A stretch of 64,000 nt of DNA, taken from positions 165,572 through 229,571 of the forward strand of contig CAVRUC010000001.1 of the NCBI GenBank assembly GCA_963724295.1, in the 5' to 3' direction. Below are positions 60,642 to 64,000 of this stretch, one piece after another. The position numbers and the translations under genes were made by a program. Origin of the DNA: an uncultured Chloroflexia bacterium. Lineage in GTDB: Bacteria > Chloroflexota > Chloroflexia > Thermomicrobiales > UBA6265. A model generated the notes under the pieces. It was not told the origin of the DNA. It did no database searches and saw only the letters and a program-made list of their open reading frames with translations. The first letter of the stretch is position 1, and each line of letters begins with the position of its first letter.

Positions 60642-61523
60642 GTGACCGGGCGCGCCACTCCCGCAAGCGCAAGAGCCGGAGACATCCGGATCGGGATCAG
60701 CTCCTGGGGCGGTCTGCCCGGGTTCTATCCGTCGAGCGTCAAGTCGGCGGAGAAGCTCGCCTGGTTTGCCCGCTTCTTTTCTGTCGTCGAGGTCAACGTA
60801 AGCTTCTACCGGCTCGTTCCTCCCCACACCTACGTGAACTGGGCCGAGCTGACGCCGGCGGACTTCATGTTCGACGTCAAAGCCTTTGGCGAGCTGACGC
60901 ACTTCCGCGAACCGCCACCTGACGAGACGTTCGCCGCGTTTCGCGCCTCATACGCACCACTGCGCGACGCGAACCGGCTGGGGGGAGTCCTCTTTCAGTT
61001 TCCACCGCGATTCGCCAACACGCCGGTTTCACGCAACTATCTTCAGCGCGTCGCGCAGGCGATGGCCGGGGATGTCACGGTCGTCGAGTTTCGCAACCAC
61101 AGCTGGCTGGCGCCGGACACCGCCAGGTCGACCTTCGCCCTGCTGGAGAAGCTCGGGCTCGCCTATGCCATCGCGGACGAGCCGCAGATCCCGGACGACA
61201 CCGTGCCACCGATCCCGGCCGTGACCAACACGGCCCTCGCCTACATCCGGCTCCACGGCCGCAACGCCGAAACCTGGTATCGCGGCGGGGGCGGCGGCAC
61301 CCGGTACGACTATGACTACTCGGCGGCCGAGCTGGAGGAATGGGCCGCCATTGCCACCGACCTGGCGCGCCAAGCGCGGCAGGTCCACGTGCTCTTCAAC
61401 AACAACGCTCGCGGTGCAGGCACCCGCAACGCGCAGGAACTGGGGCGGCTGCTGGGAATCGCCCCCCAGGACGCCCCTGAGCTGCCACCGCAACAGCCCC
61501 GGCTATTTGCCGAAGACGGTTAG
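60642..61523 (+). CDS. DUF72 family protein
   Basis: IRIGISSW, VEVNVSFY, FDVKA, LFQFPPRF, VEFRN, YIRLHGRN, YDYDYS and FNN. Confidence 0.92.
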   Translation: MTGRATPASARAGDIRIGISSWGGLPGFYPSSVKSAEKLAWFARFFSVVEVNVSFYRLVPPHTYVNWAELTPADFMFDVKAFGELTHFREPPPDETFAAFRASYAPLRDANRLGGVLFQFPPRFANTPVSRNYLQRVAQAMAGDVTVVEFRNHSWLAPDTARSTFALLEKLGLAYAIADEPQIPDDTVPPIPAVTNTALAYIRLHGRNAETWYRGGGGGTRYDYDYSAAELEEWAAIATDLARQARQVHVLFNNNARGAGTRNAQELGRLLGIAPQDAPELPPQQPRLFAEDG

Positions 61524-61540
61524 CGCGTCATCGCGCAGCC

Positions 61541-61696
61541 GTGTCAGTCCCGAGGCACGAGGGATCTCGTCGTGGTCCACGTCACTCCGGGAAGAACCCG
61601 AGATTCCTCCGTTCGTCGGAACGACACGATTTTCGCCAGCGGGGAACAGTGGTGGCCCCTCTCCCAGCGCACTGGGAGAGGCGGCTTGGGGTCGAG
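61541..61696. repeat. cluster of two REP-like elements between convergent genes
   Basis: 61541-61627 resembles 55656-55743; 61656-61696 resembles 57101-57162. Confidence 0.7.
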
Positions 61697-61700
61697 TCGG

Positions 61701-63518
61701 CTATCCCTCGACCACCACGACGTTCTGATCGAACAGAATTGGCAGCCGTCCCGTCCAGGGGCCCTGGCGGGTGCCTTCCAGCCACGGCTTCTGCACGAAC
61801 ATCGGCACCCAGTTCCCGATCGGGACGTAGACGGCGTTTTCCAGCACCAGGGCTTCCGCCTGCTGGTAGAGATCGTTGCGGGTGTTCGCGTCCAGCTCCA
61901 CGTCAGCCTGAGCGATCAGCTCGGCAAACGTGGCCGCGGCCGCGCCGGGATCGCCACCGATCGGTTCGAGATCCGGAGACCAGTTGAAGACCCCGGCCAT
62001 GAATGGTGAATCGGGACGGAAGACGTCGCTGAGCAGGAAGGGCGTGTCGGTCACCGTCTGCCACCACATGATCCCGAACTGCAGGCCGCCCGTCTCGGCG
62101 ATCAGTTCGTTGATCTCATCCTGCGAGCGAGCGTTGTCGAGCGTGATGGTCACCCCGAGGTTCTCCTGGAGCATGTCCAGCACCGCTTGCACGCGCTCCA
62201 GCTCGGCATCGCTCTCGCCGGATGGTTGATACAGGATGATCTCCGGCAGCCCCTCTCCGTCCGGGTAGCCAGCCTCGGCCAGCAGCGCCCGTGCCTGCTC
62301 GGGGTCGAAGGGGAATCCCTCCGGCGGCTGATAGCCGCTGAGCTCCGAGACTACCGGCGGCGTGAATACCGTCGCCGGGGTCCAGGTACCCCCGTAGATC
62401 TCGGAGTACCGGTCGCGGTCGAAAGCCAGCCCGAAGGCACGGCGCACCCGCACATCGTCAAACGGCGGTTGGCGGAAGTCCATCGCCAGCGAGCGGATCG
62501 CCGCCTGCGATTGGTCGAGACGAATCAGCTCGGCGCTGAGGGCGGGATCTTCCTCGACCTCGGACAGCAGGGACAACGGAACGTCCGCGGACGCCGCATT
62601 CTCGTCCCGATAGAGATCGAGCGCGGTGCGTGCCGCGTCGGGACCGTTGAAGACCGGCCAGACGATGCGCGACAGGGATGGAGAGAGGGGGTCGTAGTAG
62701 TTGGGATTCGGTTCCATCACGAACCGCGTATCCCGCTCGTACTCCGTGAACTGCCACGGTCCTGTACCGGCCCCGTTGAGGACGAAGTTTTCCTCCCCCG
62801 AGACTTCGAGGATCGCGGGATCGACCACCGACCAGACGAACGAGGCCAGGAACGATGGGAAGTAGGTGGCCGGCTCCTCCAGCTCGATGACGACGTTGCG
62901 GTCGTCCGAAGCGGTGAAGCCCAGTTCGGCGCCTTCTTCTCCCGCGATCCAGGCATCGAAGCCGCGGACCGGTTCCATGAAGGCGACCATCGGCGAGAGA
63001 TTGTCCGGATCGAGCGCCCGATTCCAGGATGCGATGAAATCGTTGGCGACGACCGGGTTGCCGCTGGCGTATTGGGCTCCCTCGCGAATCGTCAGGGTGT
63101 AGCGCAGAGCGTCCTGGGAGCGCACCACCTTCTCGGCCAGGTCGAGGGCGATCCGCCCCATCTCGTCGTAGCGCAGGAATCCGCCCCAGACATTGGGGTA
63201 CATCACCCAGAACCCGCCGTAGTCGGCGGAGCGGTGCGGGTCAAGCGAGATCGACTGTCCGTAGGCATCAAAGGGCACCGTGATCTCGGCCCCTTGCACG
63301 ACCGGTGGGTCCTGGCGCAGTGCGCGCGGCGTTCGCCGCGGTGCGGCTGAGACGATCCCCTGATTCGCGGTGGCCACCGCGCCGGCCGCGATCGTCGACC
63401 AGCGCAAGAGGTCCCGCCTGGTTGGGCGCGGATTGCCGGCGCTCAAGGCGCGCCAGAGTCGATGCAGATCGTGCCGCTCGGACGCGGTCAGTCCCTGCTT
63501 CAATCGCGGATCGATCAT
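61701..63518 (-). CDS. peptide ABC transporter substrate-binding protein (family 5, Tat)
   Basis: TRRDLL Tat signal; SLDPH, GTGPW, PNPNYY, PPFDDVRVRRAF and DPEQARALLAEAGYPDG; start uncertain. Confidence 0.92.
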   Translation of the reverse strand: MIDPRLKQGLTASERHDLHRLWRALSAGNPRPTRRDLLRWSTIAAGAVATANQGIVSAAPRRTPRALRQDPPVVQGAEITVPFDAYGQSISLDPHRSADYGGFWVMYPNVWGGFLRYDEMGRIALDLAEKVVRSQDALRYTLTIREGAQYASGNPVVANDFIASWNRALDPDNLSPMVAFMEPVRGFDAWIAGEEGAELGFTASDDRNVVIELEEPATYFPSFLASFVWSVVDPAILEVSGEENFVLNGAGTGPWQFTEYERDTRFVMEPNPNYYDPLSPSLSRIVWPVFNGPDAARTALDLYRDENAASADVPLSLLSEVEEDPALSAELIRLDQSQAAIRSLAMDFRQPPFDDVRVRRAFGLAFDRDRYSEIYGGTWTPATVFTPPVVSELSGYQPPEGFPFDPEQARALLAEAGYPDGEGLPEIILYQPSGESDAELERVQAVLDMLQENLGVTITLDNARSQDEINELIAETGGLQFGIMWWQTVTDTPFLLSDVFRPDSPFMAGVFNWSPDLEPIGGDPGAAAATFAELIAQADVELDANTRNDLYQQAEALVLENAVYVPIGNWVPMFVQKPWLEGTRQGPWTGRLPILFDQNVVVVEG

Positions 63519-63646
63519 TGAGACATTACTCCTCTTCGCGGGCCGCATAGAAGCATAGCCGCGCCGGGGTACGGCGCGAGACGCGAGACCCGTTCGTGCT
63601 CAATAACGACCGGACCGCGGTGCCGGTTACCCACGGCCGGCCGTAA

Positions 63647-63676
63647 GCGCGGGCGCGGTTCCAGCCGCGCCCGCGC
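63647..63676. terminator. GC-rich hairpin
   Basis: 12-bp stem GCGCGGGCGCGG/CCGCGCCCGCGC just past the stop at 63698; no U-tract. Confidence 0.45.
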
Positions 63677-63697
63677 CTGGTTCTACCCCTGTCTACG

Positions 63698-64000
63698 TCA
63701 GGACTGAGGGTCCGCGATGTACAGGATCACACTCGAACCTACCGTCTCTCCCTGCTGGTAGGAAACTGCCCCGAGGGCCCGGATATTCGCCGGGCTACCG
63801 GCGGCTGGCCCGGGTGTCGCGACACCGGCGTCAGCGGAATCTGACCCCTCCATCGCGCCGAACATCACGGTCAGCATGTCGACCACTTGCCCGATATCCA
63901 CGTAGGACACCTGGTAGTACTCGCTCGGCAAGACAGCCATGACCGCCTGATACTGCGGATCGTCGGCGAGCGATGAGTCTGGCTCAGTTACCAGGTCCTC
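63698..64000 (-). CDS. C-terminus of a hypothetical (DUF3352-like) protein, partial
   Basis: Open to the window edge; SLADDPQYQAVM..LP...YVDI pattern. Confidence 0.55.
   Translation of the reverse strand, partial: EDLVTEPDSSLADDPQYQAVMAVLPSEYYQVSYVDIGQVVDMLTVMFGAMEGSDSADAGVATPGPAAGSPANIRALGAVSYQQGETVGSSVILYIADPQS

Overview
GC-rich chromosomal window, most likely from a Thermomicrobiales (Chloroflexota) genome. The taxonomy is inferred from gene content and from recurrent 'QDATP/GTPV' linkers in exported proteins. Scattered single-base frameshifts suggest a long-read or MAG assembly. Core content, in order: a GT-C/GtrA glycosylation cluster, S41 protease, rplU-rpmA-rpmE, ppa, an alpha-glucan/trehalose cluster (malQ, GH57, maltokinase, treS), cobB, mutM, an MMPL-AttH-M48 operon, a liv-type ABC transporter, mannitol dehydrogenase, selD-rsmA-ispE, a PknB-like kinase, a PHP-AlbA protein, DUF72 and a peptide-binding protein. 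Most notable observations: (1) A mauE-mauD-(Tat, 18-Cys protein)-mauF-like operon with no mauB or mauG. Its MauF-like gene has an in-frame UGA at the conserved Cys position followed by a SECIS-like hairpin with the same spacing as in the Sec-type selD of this window. This is a candidate selenoprotein-dependent disulfide maturation system for an unknown Cys-rich exported protein. (2) A promoter-driven, highly structured ~370-nt orphan ncRNA candidate at 16.2-16.6 kb. (3) A small ...PIAGG-terminating protein with an unknown partner gene. (4) A lower-GC defence-like islet (Mrr-like nuclease, nucleosidase-NB-ARC-TPR, HEPN-like). (5) An internally deleted IS1182 remnant with a possible passenger gene between rsmA and ispE. 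(6) A probable ATA start codon. No tRNA, rRNA or CRISPR array was seen.
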